In this document: in pieces, positions 1 to 8,959 of the stretch
Layout: each line of letters begins with the position of its first letter
How positions within the stretch are numbered: the first letter of the stretch is position 1
Assembly: GCA_964388785.1 (NCBI GenBank)
Contig: CAYMBX010000001.1
Span: 1-60,525 of the forward strand
From: an uncultured Gammaproteobacteria bacterium
Lineage (GTDB): Bacteria > Patescibacteriota > Patescibacteriia > UBA9934 > GWF2-40-263
Length of the DNA stretch: 60,525 nt
Direction of reading: 5' to 3'
Translations under genes and position numbers: made by a program
Notes under the pieces: model-generated
Seen by the model: only the letters and a program-made list of their open reading frames with translations
Told to the model about the DNA's origin: nothing
Database searches by the model: none

Positions 1-1244
1 AGTCGCAACTGAAAAGCTATCAAGACATCCAACCGGTCATTTCCAAAGCGAACATCACCGACATCATGACAGTCGTTATGGCCGCCGCGCTTCAGTTTGG
101 AACGAGCGATGTACACATTGAGGCCGAGCAAGAAAAAATTGCGGTGCGTTTTCGTATCGACGGGGTTCTGCAAGAAGTCGCAACCCTTCCCCATGACGCA
201 TGGAAAAAAATCATCGCGCGCATCAAGTTGATTAGCGGGCTGAAAATCAACGTCACGGAGCGTCCGCAAGACGGACGCTTTACCATCTTCCTTAAAACCG
301 GCGACACGGACGTGCGTGTTTCCACTATTCCAACCACGTGGGGTGAATCGGTGGTGATGCGTATTTTGAAACCGAGCGCCATTAATGTGGAATTTGAACA
401 GCTTGGCTATCGTCCAATCGCCGAACAAAAATTGCTCAGAGAGATCATGAAACCGCACGGCATGGTCATGACCACCGGTCCAACGGGATCCGGTAAAACC
501 ACCACGCTGTATGCCATCCTTCGCAAGCGCAATACACCTGACGTGAAAATCGTCACACTGGAAGATCCAATCGAATACAAACTGGAAGGCATTAACCAGT
601 CGCAAATCGATCACTCGAAAAATTATACATTTGCAAACGGATTGCGTTCGATTCTGCGCCAAGACCCGGATATTGTCATGGTTGGAGAAATTCGTGATCT
701 TGAAACGGCAGAAGTCGCGATCAACGCGGCGCTCACCGGACATCTCATGCTTTCCACACTGCACACCAATGATGCTGCCGGAGCAATCCCCCGTTTTATC
801 TCCATGGGAGTCAAACCCTTTTTGCTCTCTCCAGCGCTCAACGCGATCATCGGACAACGTCTCTCAAGACGCGTATGCGAAAAATGCAAAGAGGTCGTCA
901 CGCCGACGGAAAAAGAACTTGCGTTTGTCAAAAAAGTGACGGCAGAAATTCCGGAAACGTCGGGAGAAAAAGTCGCGCCCGAGGCGGAATGGAAATTTTA
1001 CAAAGGGAAAGGGTGTGACGTCTGCAATCAATCCGGCTACAAAGGTCGATTGGGAATTTATGAGATATTGGTCATGAGTGATGAAATCAAAGCAGCGATG
1101 TCAGAATCGATCTCCGAATATCAAGTGCGAGAGCTTGCCAAGCAACAAGGGATGACGACGATGCAACAAGACGGGGTGCTCAAAGTGCTTGACGGCCTGA
1201 CAACCGTAGAAGAAATTTTGCGCGTTGCGGGTGAGGGCGCATAA
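1..1244 (+). CDS. pilB: Type IV pilus / type II secretion ATPase (PilB/GspE family), 5' end cut by the window edge
   Basis: Frame 3 is open from nt 3, so the M at 66 is not the true start. Walker A GPTGSGKTTT. VGEIRD and TGHLMLSTLHTND boxes. C-terminal CEKC...CDVC tetracysteine cluster typical of GspE/PilB. Confidence 0.9.
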   Translation, partial: SQLKSYQDIQPVISKANITDIMTVVMAAALQFGTSDVHIEAEQEKIAVRFRIDGVLQEVATLPHDAWKKIIARIKLISGLKINVTERPQDGRFTIFLKTGDTDVRVSTIPTTWGESVVMRILKPSAINVEFEQLGYRPIAEQKLLREIMKPHGMVMTTGPTGSGKTTTLYAILRKRNTPDVKIVTLEDPIEYKLEGINQSQIDHSKNYTFANGLRSILRQDPDIVMVGEIRDLETAEVAINAALTGHLMLSTLHTNDAAGAIPRFISMGVKPFLLSPALNAIIGQRLSRRVCEKCKEVVTPTEKELAFVKKVTAEIPETSGEKVAPEAEWKFYKGKGCDVCNQSGYKGRLGIYEILVMSDEIKAAMSESISEYQVRELAKQQGMTTMQQDGVLKVLDGLTTVEEILRVAGEGA

Positions 1245-1283
1245 AACAGGGATGCAAATTCGTGATCAACCAACGTTTGGTGA

Positions 1284-1328
1284 GGCACAAAGGCTCGTTC
1301 TGTGAGCTCTCGAACGAGCCTTTGTGCC
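1284..1328. repeat. REP-like hairpin, family 1 (17-bp stem GGCACAAAGGCTCGTTC, 11-nt loop)
   Basis: Perfect 17-bp inverted repeat read directly. A second copy in inverted orientation lies at 52004..52048, with a near-identical core GGCTCGTTC-N11-GAACGAGCC and 9/11 identical loop bases. Confidence 0.8.
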
Positions 1329-1378
1329 GTATCGGGATTGGACGTGCAGTAATATCACACCCAACTTTCAACCTGACA

Positions 1379-1446
1379 GACGATGTGGGTGTGCCGGAGG
1401 GAACAACGGCGACAGTCCGTTGGCCCGGAGGCATACCCACATCGTC
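1379..1446. repeat. REP-like hairpin, family 2 (core GCCGGAGGGAACAACGG-N7-CCGTTGGCCCGGAGGCA at 1393..1433 inside an outer stem GACGATGTGGGT)
   Basis: Outer inverted repeat 1379-1395/1430-1446 with one mismatch. The core recurs at 17744..17785 and partially at 19282..19296. Confidence 0.75.
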
Positions 1447-1479
1447 CACAAGCGTTGAGTAAAAAAACACCAGGTGCGC

Positions 1480-1776
1480 TCAGGCTACCTGGCAAGGAGG
1501 GAATCCGTCGAGATCAACTGTGAAGATATCCGGCGCGCCGTGTGCCTCAGGTGCGCACATGGGACATCCGCTCTCATCGAAACGCAGGACGACTCCCGCG
1601 CGATCGATGGTGAGACCGGCCTGAGCGAACAGCTCGGCAGCGGTCTCCAATCTGAGATCCATGCGTCCGCGGCAGCGGACGCAGTACGTTCGAACCGCAT
1701 CCGGATGGGCGCATTCCCTGCAAATCAATACCCGATCGGAATGTCGCCCGTTGTGATCGCAAACCGCGCATCGCAT
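1480..1776 (-). CDS. Small cysteine-rich (multi CxxC, zinc-ribbon-like) protein, function unknown
   Basis: 98-aa ORF with CAVC, CREC, CVRC and CPMC pairs. GGGAGG Shine-Dalgarno 6 nt upstream of the ATG. TTGACA-N17-TATTGT promoter at about 1800-1830 (minus strand). High GC. Confidence 0.6.
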   Translation of the reverse strand: MRCAVCDHNGRHSDRVLICRECAHPDAVRTYCVRCRGRMDLRLETAAELFAQAGLTIDRAGVVLRFDESGCPMCAPEAHGAPDIFTVDLDGFPPCQVA

Positions 1777-1834
1777 GTCACACCTCCCAAAATGGGAGCT
1801 CTACAATACATCAAAAAACCAATTTTGTCAATTC

Positions 1835-1866
1835 AAAAACCGTCTCTCTTCACGAAGACGGTTTTT
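1835..1866. terminator. Bidirectional rho-independent terminator
   Basis: AAAAACCGTCT-loop-AGACGGTTTTT immediately downstream of the 1873..2418 gene. Confidence 0.75.
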
Positions 1867-1872
1867 ATATTC

Positions 1873-2418
1873 TCACGCCGCCAACCGATCTTGATCCCGA
1901 ATAACGCTCGCAACCTGCTGACCGTACTCTTCCGCTTGAGCAATAAACCTATCCTCATCTTCGGACGGATCACTTATTTCCGGAATAATGACGTCTGCCT
2001 TCCACGCATCTTTATTTGGATTTTTTGTCACGTCCACCGTGACCACAATACGTCGACCATCAGCTGTTTCATATTCGATCCATCCATCAATTCCATGGAA
2101 CTGATCAGCGGGCGTTTCCACGGCCGTATAAAACTTAACGCGATCCATCTCCTCCTCCGTTTCCAAGCCCAATGCCTCGATCACGGCTAAACGCAATTCG
2201 TTGGCAAATGGTTTATCGGGATTCAATGGATCTTGGGTTCCATGTTTGCGCACCAAATCGAGTGAGGCTTCATAACCGACATATCCGGTCTCTTTTGCGA
2301 CCGCACGATAGGCCTCACGAAATTTTGGTGTGGGTTTGAATAAACCAAACACATCACGTTCGTTCATTTTGCCCGTATAAAAATCACCCGGTCCACGATG
2401 TGAATCAAATCTACTCAT
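1873..2418 (-). CDS. Hypothetical protein
   Basis: 181-aa ORF that overlaps the tsaE stop by 4 nt, suggesting translational coupling. No motif recognised. Confidence 0.6.
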   Translation of the reverse strand: MSRFDSHRGPGDFYTGKMNERDVFGLFKPTPKFREAYRAVAKETGYVGYEASLDLVRKHGTQDPLNPDKPFANELRLAVIEALGLETEEEMDRVKFYTAVETPADQFHGIDGWIEYETADGRRIVVTVDVTKNPNKDAWKADVIIPEISDPSEDEDRFIAQAEEYGQQVASVIRDQDRLAA

Positions 2419-2828
2419 AAAATAATGCTTCGATATGAATCTTTCTGCACAAATTCAATTTCATGGTAACCCGATCCGAATCTTGATTCAAGCCATTTCG
2501 GCCATTCGATCAATAACAACGTTGAATCATCAAGATATTCTTCCAGAGTAAGCGGCGTAAGCTCCGACTCGTCTTTCAACCGGTATAAATCCACATGCAC
2601 GATTCGTTTGATGCGATCGTGACCGATCGGGTACACATTCACGATCGTAAACGTCGGGCTGCGCACAGGTCCTTCGTATCCAAGCGCGTGGGCAAGTCCT
2701 TGAACGAATGTCGTCTTCCCACTTCCAAGGTCGCCATGCAAAAAAACAACGTCTCCGCCTGTGAGGCGCTTTGCAAACTCTGTGGCAATGCGTTTTGTAT
2801 CTTCGGGAGTGTGGCTTCTGTATTCCAT
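2415..2828 (-). CDS. tsaE: tRNA threonylcarbamoyladenosine (t6A) biosynthesis protein TsaE
   Basis: GDLGSGKTTFVQG P-loop followed by SPTFTIVNVY, the hallmark TsaE/YjeE pattern. Sits next to tsaD. Confidence 0.9.
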   Translation of the reverse strand: MEYRSHTPEDTKRIATEFAKRLTGGDVVFLHGDLGSGKTTFVQGLAHALGYEGPVRSPTFTIVNVYPIGHDRIKRIVHVDLYRLKDESELTPLTLEEYLDDSTLLLIEWPKWLESRFGSGYHEIEFVQKDSYRSIIL

Positions 2829-2842
2829 AAGTCTTGTGAGTT

Positions 2843-3847
2843 CTAGGCCAATCGCCTGTTCGCGTCCGCCACAAGAGTCAGTGGATCTGCGGTTTCCCCC
2901 GCTTCATACCGGTAGGCGCCCGCAACCGCGATCATCACTGCGTTATCTCCCGTCAAACTCATCTGTGGGGCATAAAACGCGGTTTCAGGAGACGCCTGTT
3001 GAACCGCGGCAGCAAGCGCTTCTCGCAATTGAACGTTTGCGGCAACTCCTCCCGTCAGGATCACCGAACGTGGCTGAAATTCAGCCAGTGCGCGAACCGT
3101 TTTTGTCACAAGCACATCTACCACCGCTTGCTGAAACGAGGCGGCAACATCAGCAACCCTCATCGGGCTTCCGTCAACATGATTTTTCACCGCCGTCTTC
3201 AAACCGGAAAAACTAAAATCAAAATCTCCGCTCTCGATCATCGGCCGAGGAAACTCGACCGCATCCGTTCTCCCCTCTTTTGCCAACCGTGAAATTTCCG
3301 GACCACCCGGATACGGCAAGCCGAGGAGTTTTGCCACCTTATCAAACGCCTCGCCCGCCGCATCATCGCGCGTCATCCCGATGAGTTCATACTGTCCATG
3401 ATCTTTCATGAAAATCAACTCGGTGTGACCACCTGATACAAGTAAACACAACGCCGGAAATTCCGGATATCCTCCTTCCCCAACCCACACGCTATAAATA
3501 TGCCCTTCCAAATGGTTCACCGGCACAAGAGGCTTGGCCCACGCCCATGCCAAACTTTTTCCAAGTTCGACACCGATCCTGAGTGCAGGCACAAGTCCCG
3601 GCCCCGCCGTCACAGCGATCGCATCAATTCCGGCTCCATCTGGGCTGATTCCCATCTCAGCGAGCAACGGGAAAATATGCTCCGCATGTTCGCGTGCTGC
3701 CACTTCCGGTACCACCCCTCCATATTTCGCGTGTGTCTTCGCTTGTGACGCGAGAACGCTTTTCTCAACCGAAATCCCATCGGCGTCTCTCACGATCAAT
3801 GCCAAAGCGGTTTCATCACACGAAGATTCAATTCCCAAAATTCGCAT
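2843..3847 (-). CDS. tsaD: tRNA N6-adenosine threonylcarbamoyltransferase TsaD (Kae1/Gcp family)
   Basis: N-terminus MRILGIESSCDETALAL, NHLEGH motif, SGGHTELI and typical length (334 aa). Confidence 0.95.
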   Translation of the reverse strand: MRILGIESSCDETALALIVRDADGISVEKSVLASQAKTHAKYGGVVPEVAAREHAEHIFPLLAEMGISPDGAGIDAIAVTAGPGLVPALRIGVELGKSLAWAWAKPLVPVNHLEGHIYSVWVGEGGYPEFPALCLLVSGGHTELIFMKDHGQYELIGMTRDDAAGEAFDKVAKLLGLPYPGGPEISRLAKEGRTDAVEFPRPMIESGDFDFSFSGLKTAVKNHVDGSPMRVADVAASFQQAVVDVLVTKTVRALAEFQPRSVILTGGVAANVQLREALAAAVQQASPETAFYAPQMSLTGDNAVMIAVAGAYRYEAGETADPLTLVADANRRLA

Positions 3848-3930
3848 AACGCGGCAACAATATCACACTCTCAAATCCTTGAAAAACAAGTCCTGTGAAA
3901 TTTTAGCCGTTTATCGCAAGCCGAAGCGAT

Positions 3931-3961
3931 GACAGTGATCGAACGTGATTCGATCACTGTC
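3931..3961. repeat. Perfect 13-bp inverted repeat (GACAGTGATCGAA-cgtga-TTCGATCACTGTC)
   Basis: Read directly in the tsaD / phosphotransferase divergent intergenic region. Confidence 0.7.
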
Positions 3962-4042
3962 GAGCGAGGCGATGCGATCTGGGTTCCTCCCAGATTAAGT
4001 CCTGTTTCATCGTGTGAAGACTCTATGGTATAAACGAGGTAA

Positions 4043-5074
4043 ATGAGCTACCCACGGCATAAATCGGCCATTCCATTTGGGAACATGACCGCCTTGATTG
4101 AGGATCTGTTTTCGGTTGGCCGGGTTTTGGGCTTTGAAGATGTGCGCACAGGGCTTCTCAGTGAAAACCATAAGGTCAATACGTCTGTTGGCCCATTTTT
4201 TTTGAAACGCTACCGCGACCGAATGAACACGGTCATCCATGAAATCAAAACGGCGGAAGCCTACTTTGCTCACGCAAACATTCCGATTATTCTCCCAATC
4301 AAAGACCGATTCGCGCGGGAGGCCTTTTGGTGTCGCGGAAGTTGGTATTCCCTTTATCCATTTATCGATGGCCATACGCCAAGCTATGGAGATTTGACGC
4401 CGCCGCTTCTTGAACACATTGGATCATTGCTCGCACGCATCCATGTGGCGGGAGATGCGTTTCGTGCAAGACCGTTTCAAATCATCCGACTTGGCAATCC
4501 GCGCAAACTCCACATGGAACTTACGGAGCTGCGTTATCTGCTTGGGAAAAAACCGACGATCAGCGAAGAAGAACGTGCTCTACTTGAACTGCTTGATCTT
4601 AAAAAACGCGCGGCAAAACAAATCGAAACAACAATCGATCCTAGTGTTTATGCCTATGTGTCGCTGCTTCACGGTGATTTCCAGTATTACAATCTGTTCA
4701 CTCATGAAAACCACGTCACGCACGTTTACGATCTTGAACGTACTGCCCTGGGACCGACGAGTTATGAATTGATCCGTGCCCTCCTTCTCGATTGTTTCGA
4801 AGCGGGATGGGATGAAGAATCGTTTGATCGCGCCGGAGTTTACCTGCGCGCCTATCGGGAGCACAAAACGGTTTCGCAAGATGAGTTATATGCCGCCCTG
4901 CGTCTCTACCTCTATAACATCACACACACCACCTGGCTTGAAGCAAGCCATGTCATCTTTGGATCAACACGTCCATTCGCCGTGTTACAAAACCAACGCA
5001 ATCGCATCGCCTATCTGTCTACGCACGATTTGCGAGAATTCGCTGAACGCTTGGATAAAAAAAGCCGGGGGTAA
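4043..5074 (+). CDS. Phosphotransferase of the APH / choline-kinase / homoserine-kinase type II family
   Basis: LLHGDFQYYNLF catalytic-loop motif (HGD...N) and downstream YDLERT. 343 aa. Confidence 0.7.
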   Translation: MSYPRHKSAIPFGNMTALIEDLFSVGRVLGFEDVRTGLLSENHKVNTSVGPFFLKRYRDRMNTVIHEIKTAEAYFAHANIPIILPIKDRFAREAFWCRGSWYSLYPFIDGHTPSYGDLTPPLLEHIGSLLARIHVAGDAFRARPFQIIRLGNPRKLHMELTELRYLLGKKPTISEEERALLELLDLKKRAAKQIETTIDPSVYAYVSLLHGDFQYYNLFTHENHVTHVYDLERTALGPTSYELIRALLLDCFEAGWDEESFDRAGVYLRAYREHKTVSQDELYAALRLYLYNITHTTWLEASHVIFGSTRPFAVLQNQRNRIAYLSTHDLREFAERLDKKSRG

Positions 5075-5080
5075 GCCCAG

Positions 5081-5869
5081 CTAATAGATACGAACCGGGT
5101 TGTGCAGCAAGCCGACCGTCGTCCGCTTGTACTGTCTGAGGCTGGTCGTCGTGTGGTTGACGACGAGGGAATGCTCTTGCGCCGCAAGCTCGCCGAGCGT
5201 GAAATACTGAGCGCTCACGTGCGCCGTGCACATCAGCCGTTCATCGAGCGGATAACCGATCCGATCGTAGAGGCCACAACGGGCCCCGGTATCGGATTCG
5301 AGCGCGTGCTGTTCCTGAGCATCATCGAGCATCGCTCGGGTCTTTGCCCACACACGCTCGGTAAAACCGGGAAACGCCTGCGTGAAGGCGCGAACGCGCC
5401 AATGCGCCGGAACCGTCCGTCTGAGCGCCTTGAGCGTTCCCTTAATGTTTCGTTCGAACATCGAAGAAGAAACGCCGACGACTCCGCGCAGATGCTGGAG
5501 CTCGCGCTCATGGTCCGCAACAAGGACGGTCACATGCGCACCCGGCAAAACGGTCAGTACCCGCTCCACAAAAGGCCGATGCTTTTCAAAGAGTAACGGG
5601 ATCCCCGACCCCATCCGCTCAAAGGTATACGCGCCCTGCGCGTGCGAATAGTCCGGACACACGGGCACGTACAGATGAGCCGGCCACCGGGCAAGGAGCG
5701 CACAGCCGATGCGATAGAGTGCCTGGCGCGAGTGCGACTGTTCGCCGCAGATCGTCACCAGCGCGTGGAGAATGTGCAGCACGTTCCCGACCCGAACTGG
5801 ATCGATGGCGTGCTGGCGAGCGAACTGAGCGAGCCCCTGACGGACTCGCCGCCAGGGAATCGAGCTCAT
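5081..5869 (-). CDS. Hypothetical protein (high-GC orphan)
   Basis: 262-aa ORF with GAGGAG Shine-Dalgarno 8 nt upstream. Convergent with the phosphotransferase gene with only 6 nt between stops. Contains VPVCPDYS but I cannot place the family. Confidence 0.55.
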   Translation of the reverse strand: MSSIPWRRVRQGLAQFARQHAIDPVRVGNVLHILHALVTICGEQSHSRQALYRIGCALLARWPAHLYVPVCPDYSHAQGAYTFERMGSGIPLLFEKHRPFVERVLTVLPGAHVTVLVADHERELQHLRGVVGVSSSMFERNIKGTLKALRRTVPAHWRVRAFTQAFPGFTERVWAKTRAMLDDAQEQHALESDTGARCGLYDRIGYPLDERLMCTAHVSAQYFTLGELAAQEHSLVVNHTTTSLRQYKRTTVGLLHNPVRIY

Positions 5870-5962
5870 GTCGCAATCTCCTCACGTAACCTCCGGGGAC
5901 GAAACGGAGCTGGTTTGCCCAAATATAAAGACCACGCTTTTTTAAACTCGTCAAGGGGCCAT

Positions 5963-6748
5963 TCAAGAAGTGGAGGCTTCCCACAGCCCGTCAAATAAGG
6001 CGGAGAAAAATTGGTGGAGCTCTTTCGATTCGATCAAAATTGCAGACAGAGATTTGTATGAAGAGATAAACACAACAGTCTCATCAAATAAAATCATCAC
6101 GGTTTTGAACTTTCCGTGCATCACAGGCGGCAGATAGCGGGGATTGCGCTCAGCCAGAATCTCGGGGGTAAGCGGTTTACTGGCTGGCGTTTTTTTATCT
6201 CCGTTTGGCGATCGTTCCCAAAGTGAACGGGAAACGATTCCGCGTTTCTTGCGCGCGGAAAGATAATACTGAGCGTAATCCGGATCGAACTCTGAAAAAA
6301 AGTTTTTCCGTGGTGCCAAAATATCCCACGTGCGTGAACGGCAATAGAGCGCTTCTTCGACAACCAATTTCACGCCTTCGATACCTTGGAACTGTTTAAC
6401 TTCAACCGAGCCTCCACCCGTTTGTTGTTGTTGTGCAACAAGCCGCCCAGCTAATTCTTCCAAACCGGTTTTCTGCTTTTCCAATAGTTCGATTTTTGCA
6501 TCCAATAAATGGCCGATTTTTTCCGGCGATGTCATGGTGAATACGCAGCGCGCGCCGGTTCCCTTTTTTGACGCGAGTCCTTTTGTAAGAAGCGTTTCAA
6601 GCGCATGATAAACCGTTGGCCGTCTGATCTGCGTCTGTCGCGCAAGATCACTTGCCGCAATTCCTGGATGACCGAGTCCCGCGAGATAAATGGTTGCCTC
6701 GGTCTTGGAAAGTCCGAGTTGTTGAAGCGTATTGAGTGGTTGAGTCAT
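5963..6748 (-). CDS. TrmB-family transcriptional regulator
   Basis: N-terminal wHTH LGLSKTEATIYLAGLG...RRPTVYHALETLLTKGL plus a coiled segment and C-terminal domain. Paralog at 46794..47573. Confidence 0.8.
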   Translation of the reverse strand: MTQPLNTLQQLGLSKTEATIYLAGLGHPGIAASDLARQTQIRRPTVYHALETLLTKGLASKKGTGARCVFTMTSPEKIGHLLDAKIELLEKQKTGLEELAGRLVAQQQQTGGGSVEVKQFQGIEGVKLVVEEALYCRSRTWDILAPRKNFFSEFDPDYAQYYLSARKKRGIVSRSLWERSPNGDKKTPASKPLTPEILAERNPRYLPPVMHGKFKTVMILFDETVVFISSYKSLSAILIESKELHQFFSALFDGLWEASTS

Positions 6749-6774
6749 AGATATGGGTCAGTATAGCATTCGTG

Positions 6775-6806
6775 AAAAGAAAAAAACGAACGGCAAAGCG
6801 TTCGTT
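6775..6806 (-). terminator. Rho-independent terminator of the RNA ligase gene
   Basis: AACGAACG-loop-CGTTCGTT overlapping the stop codon, followed by a T-run on the minus strand. Confidence 0.75.
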
Positions 6807-8028
6807 ATGGTTTGATCGGGAAGGTGTGATGACCCTCCGCGAAGGCGAGGAACTCGCGACAGATCCCTCGGTAGTACTGCGTGGACTGCTCCGGCGGCAC
6901 CAGTCCGTAGAGGTACTGTCGCCTTTCCTTGATGGTGCCGGACATGAACAGCACGCGCATGATCCGACCGAGCATCTCGTTGGCGCCGGTCACAATCTCG
7001 GCGTCAAGCGTGGAGAGCATCCGGTGCAGGCTTCCGCCCATGATGCGTCGCATGAGGTACGACGGCGACAGCTTCGCCGCGACCATGAGTTGAATGTACG
7101 TTGCGTACTTCACCTTCACGCGCGTGTCGCCGATGCGCAGGACAAACCCCTCCTTGTTGCGCACGCCTCGATCCTTCATGTGCTCGATGATCGCACGCAG
7201 CTCGCCCGCCGACGTTCGCCGGCGCGATGCAAGCGTGTCCAGAACGGAAGCGGGGATCTGCGGATCTGCAAACGGGATCGACAGAGCGTTCGCCATCTGC
7301 TGAATGCGAGCCGGAGAAGCGTCCTCGAGAGTGACGCGATTGAACGCGCCGGTCATCACGAACCCGTGCTGCGCTTCCGTATACTCCACATGCACTTTTG
7401 TGGACGGATGGATGATCTCGACCGTCACGGTCCAGTCCTCGGGGAACGTGCGCTTCCAGCCGTCTCGGGCATGACGCTGCAGCATGGGAGCGGCGAGCAT
7501 GGAAGTCGGGCTCTGGAACCGGCCACGCGTCGTGATGAGCAACTCATCGCGGTAGGAGAAGATGATGCCAAGATGGCCGTCGAGCTTGTCGCTTGCAAAC
7601 CATTCGAAGTCGTCCGGCTGGTCGGCGAGGAGGGCGTCGAGCTGCGCTTCGGGATGTTCTCCCAGGTTGAAGAACTTGGGAAACGGATGCGCGAGTAGAT
7701 TCCCATGGTGGTCGAAGACGATCCCTCGACACATGCGCAAGGCATTGGTCCAGCCCTGCGGGTATGCATGAAGGGTGTTGTGCGCGACCGTCGAGTAGTT
7801 GAGCATCACCAGTGGATGGATGGGATGGAAGTCCAGAGCAATGAGGGACGGTAGTGCCGGAACCCCTTGCGTGAACGGATACGCGAAACGTTCCGTCATC
7901 CAGTCGATATTTCCAGCGTCTTTGCGCCAGATTTTGTACGCGTCGCGACTGAGCGCGCCGTCATCACGAAGCCGGCGAACGAATTGGCTCAGACGCTCGA
8001 TTCCTTCTCTACGTGCCTCGATCTTCAC
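6805..8028 (-). CDS. ATP-dependent RNA ligase (T4 Rnl1-like nucleotidyltransferase)
   Basis: CRGIVFD and PFPKFFNLGE upstream of motif I SDKLDGHLG (the KxDG lysine). EGFVLRIGDTRVKVKY matches motifs IV/V. GTG start with GGAGGA Shine-Dalgarno. Confidence 0.75.
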   Translation of the reverse strand: MKIEARREGIERLSQFVRRLRDDGALSRDAYKIWRKDAGNIDWMTERFAYPFTQGVPALPSLIALDFHPIHPLVMLNYSTVAHNTLHAYPQGWTNALRMCRGIVFDHHGNLLAHPFPKFFNLGEHPEAQLDALLADQPDDFEWFASDKLDGHLGIIFSYRDELLITTRGRFQSPTSMLAAPMLQRHARDGWKRTFPEDWTVTVEIIHPSTKVHVEYTEAQHGFVMTGAFNRVTLEDASPARIQQMANALSIPFADPQIPASVLDTLASRRRTSAGELRAIIEHMKDRGVRNKEGFVLRIGDTRVKVKYATYIQLMVAAKLSPSYLMRRIMGGSLHRMLSTLDAEIVTGANEMLGRIMRVLFMSGTIKERRQYLYGLVPPEQSTQYYRGICREFLAFAEGHHTFPIKP

Positions 8029-8087
8029 GATTCCTCCGTTTTTCTTGTCGTGCCAAAGAGCGCGAAGAACCTATCCGAATATGCGGC

Positions 8088-8113
8088 TTTTGTCAATCAA
8101 TTGATTGACAAAA
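8088..8113. promoter_or_regulatory. Perfect 26-bp palindrome carrying back-to-back -35 boxes of divergent promoters
   Basis: TTTTGTCAATCAA|TTGATTGACAAAA. Plus strand: TTGACA(8105-8110)-N17-TATGCT(8128-8133). Minus strand: TTGACA(8096-8091)-N17-TAGGTT(8073-8068). Confidence 0.7.
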
Positions 8114-8157
8114 TGAACAATTTCGTGTATGCTTTTGCGTCGCTTGTGAATTGCGGA

Positions 8158-8194
8158 AAGCCCGAATTTGCAGCGTCCAAGCCCGAATTTGCAG
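8158..8194 (+). repeat. Tandem direct repeat, 2 x AAGCCCGAATTTGCAG (period 21) in the 5' UTR of the 8204 gene
   Basis: Identical 16-mers at 8158..8173 and 8179..8194. The second copy runs into the AGGAG Shine-Dalgarno sequence. Confidence 0.85.
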
Positions 8195-8203
8195 GAGAAA
8201 GAC

Positions 8204-8959
8204 ATGGCTCGTTTTCATGTTTCACGCCAGCCAGGGGGCGACCTGATCACACGTATTCTGGACGACTCCGACGAGCACACTGCGATCGTCGAGCTCGAGA
8301 TCTACGTCGACGATCAGACCGACCAGAAGATCCGCGTAGTCGACAAGATCGAGTGTCCGGACCACTACCAGTCCGGAGGACTCTGTTCGATCTGCGGAGG
8401 CCGGGGCTCAAGCTTCGCGACAAAGGTCAAGATCGCCGGGTTCGAAATTGTGGACGGAGATCTCACGACCGTCCCCGAAGACGGCTGGCTGCGCGGATCA
8501 CTGAAGATCGTGAACGGTCACACCGTGCCAATCGGCGAGTTCGCGATCGACACCAAGCAACGAAAGCGGTTTGGTAGTGGCAACGATGTCATCAACTGCG
8601 ATGGGACATGGCTCACGCTCGCCTACAAGGACGGGCACATCAAAGTTGTTCCTTCGGGAACCATCGGACACACCTTCGCGGCACCCACTACGTCGACGAC
8701 TCAGCGGATGCTCAACCTCGTGATCCTACGTGAGGGCGTCAACATCTTCGTCGACGGCCTCCCGTTCGCGCACGGAAGCGTTCACGGCAACGCCGAGGGT
8801 ACCGAGCTCATGCTCAACACCAGCGGCACTCGGCTGAGAGTCGACACGCACGGCAAACGCGGGATCAAGGTCGATGTCATCCGAGGCGAAACAGTGCTGT
8901 TTTCCATGAAAACCACCGCGCGTACCCTCGAGCTCGACTGGAACGTGGAGGGAAAATGA
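8204..8959 (+). CDS. Hypothetical protein with one DnaJ-type CxxCxGxG zinc knuckle (CSICGGRG)
   Basis: 251-aa ORF starting at ATG 8204 with AGGAG Shine-Dalgarno. Its stop overlaps the next ATG (ATGA). Confidence 0.6.
   Translation: MARFHVSRQPGGDLITRILDDSDEHTAIVELEIYVDDQTDQKIRVVDKIECPDHYQSGGLCSICGGRGSSFATKVKIAGFEIVDGDLTTVPEDGWLRGSLKIVNGHTVPIGEFAIDTKQRKRFGSGNDVINCDGTWLTLAYKDGHIKVVPSGTIGHTFAAPTTSTTQRMLNLVILREGVNIFVDGLPFAHGSVHGNAEGTELMLNTSGTRLRVDTHGKRGIKVDVIRGETVLFSMKTTARTLELDWNVEGK

Noticed and set aside
1262-1462. 66-aa ORF. Likewise 12453..12848 and the 5' part of 17742..18509.
   Set aside because: These are translations of REP-like palindromic elements. Their peptide similarity to each other simply reflects the DNA repeats.
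8158-8194. Possible CRISPR-like or tandem array.
   Set aside because: There are only two 16-bp units with a 5-bp spacer. No CRISPR array, cas genes or longer tandem arrays were seen anywhere in the window.
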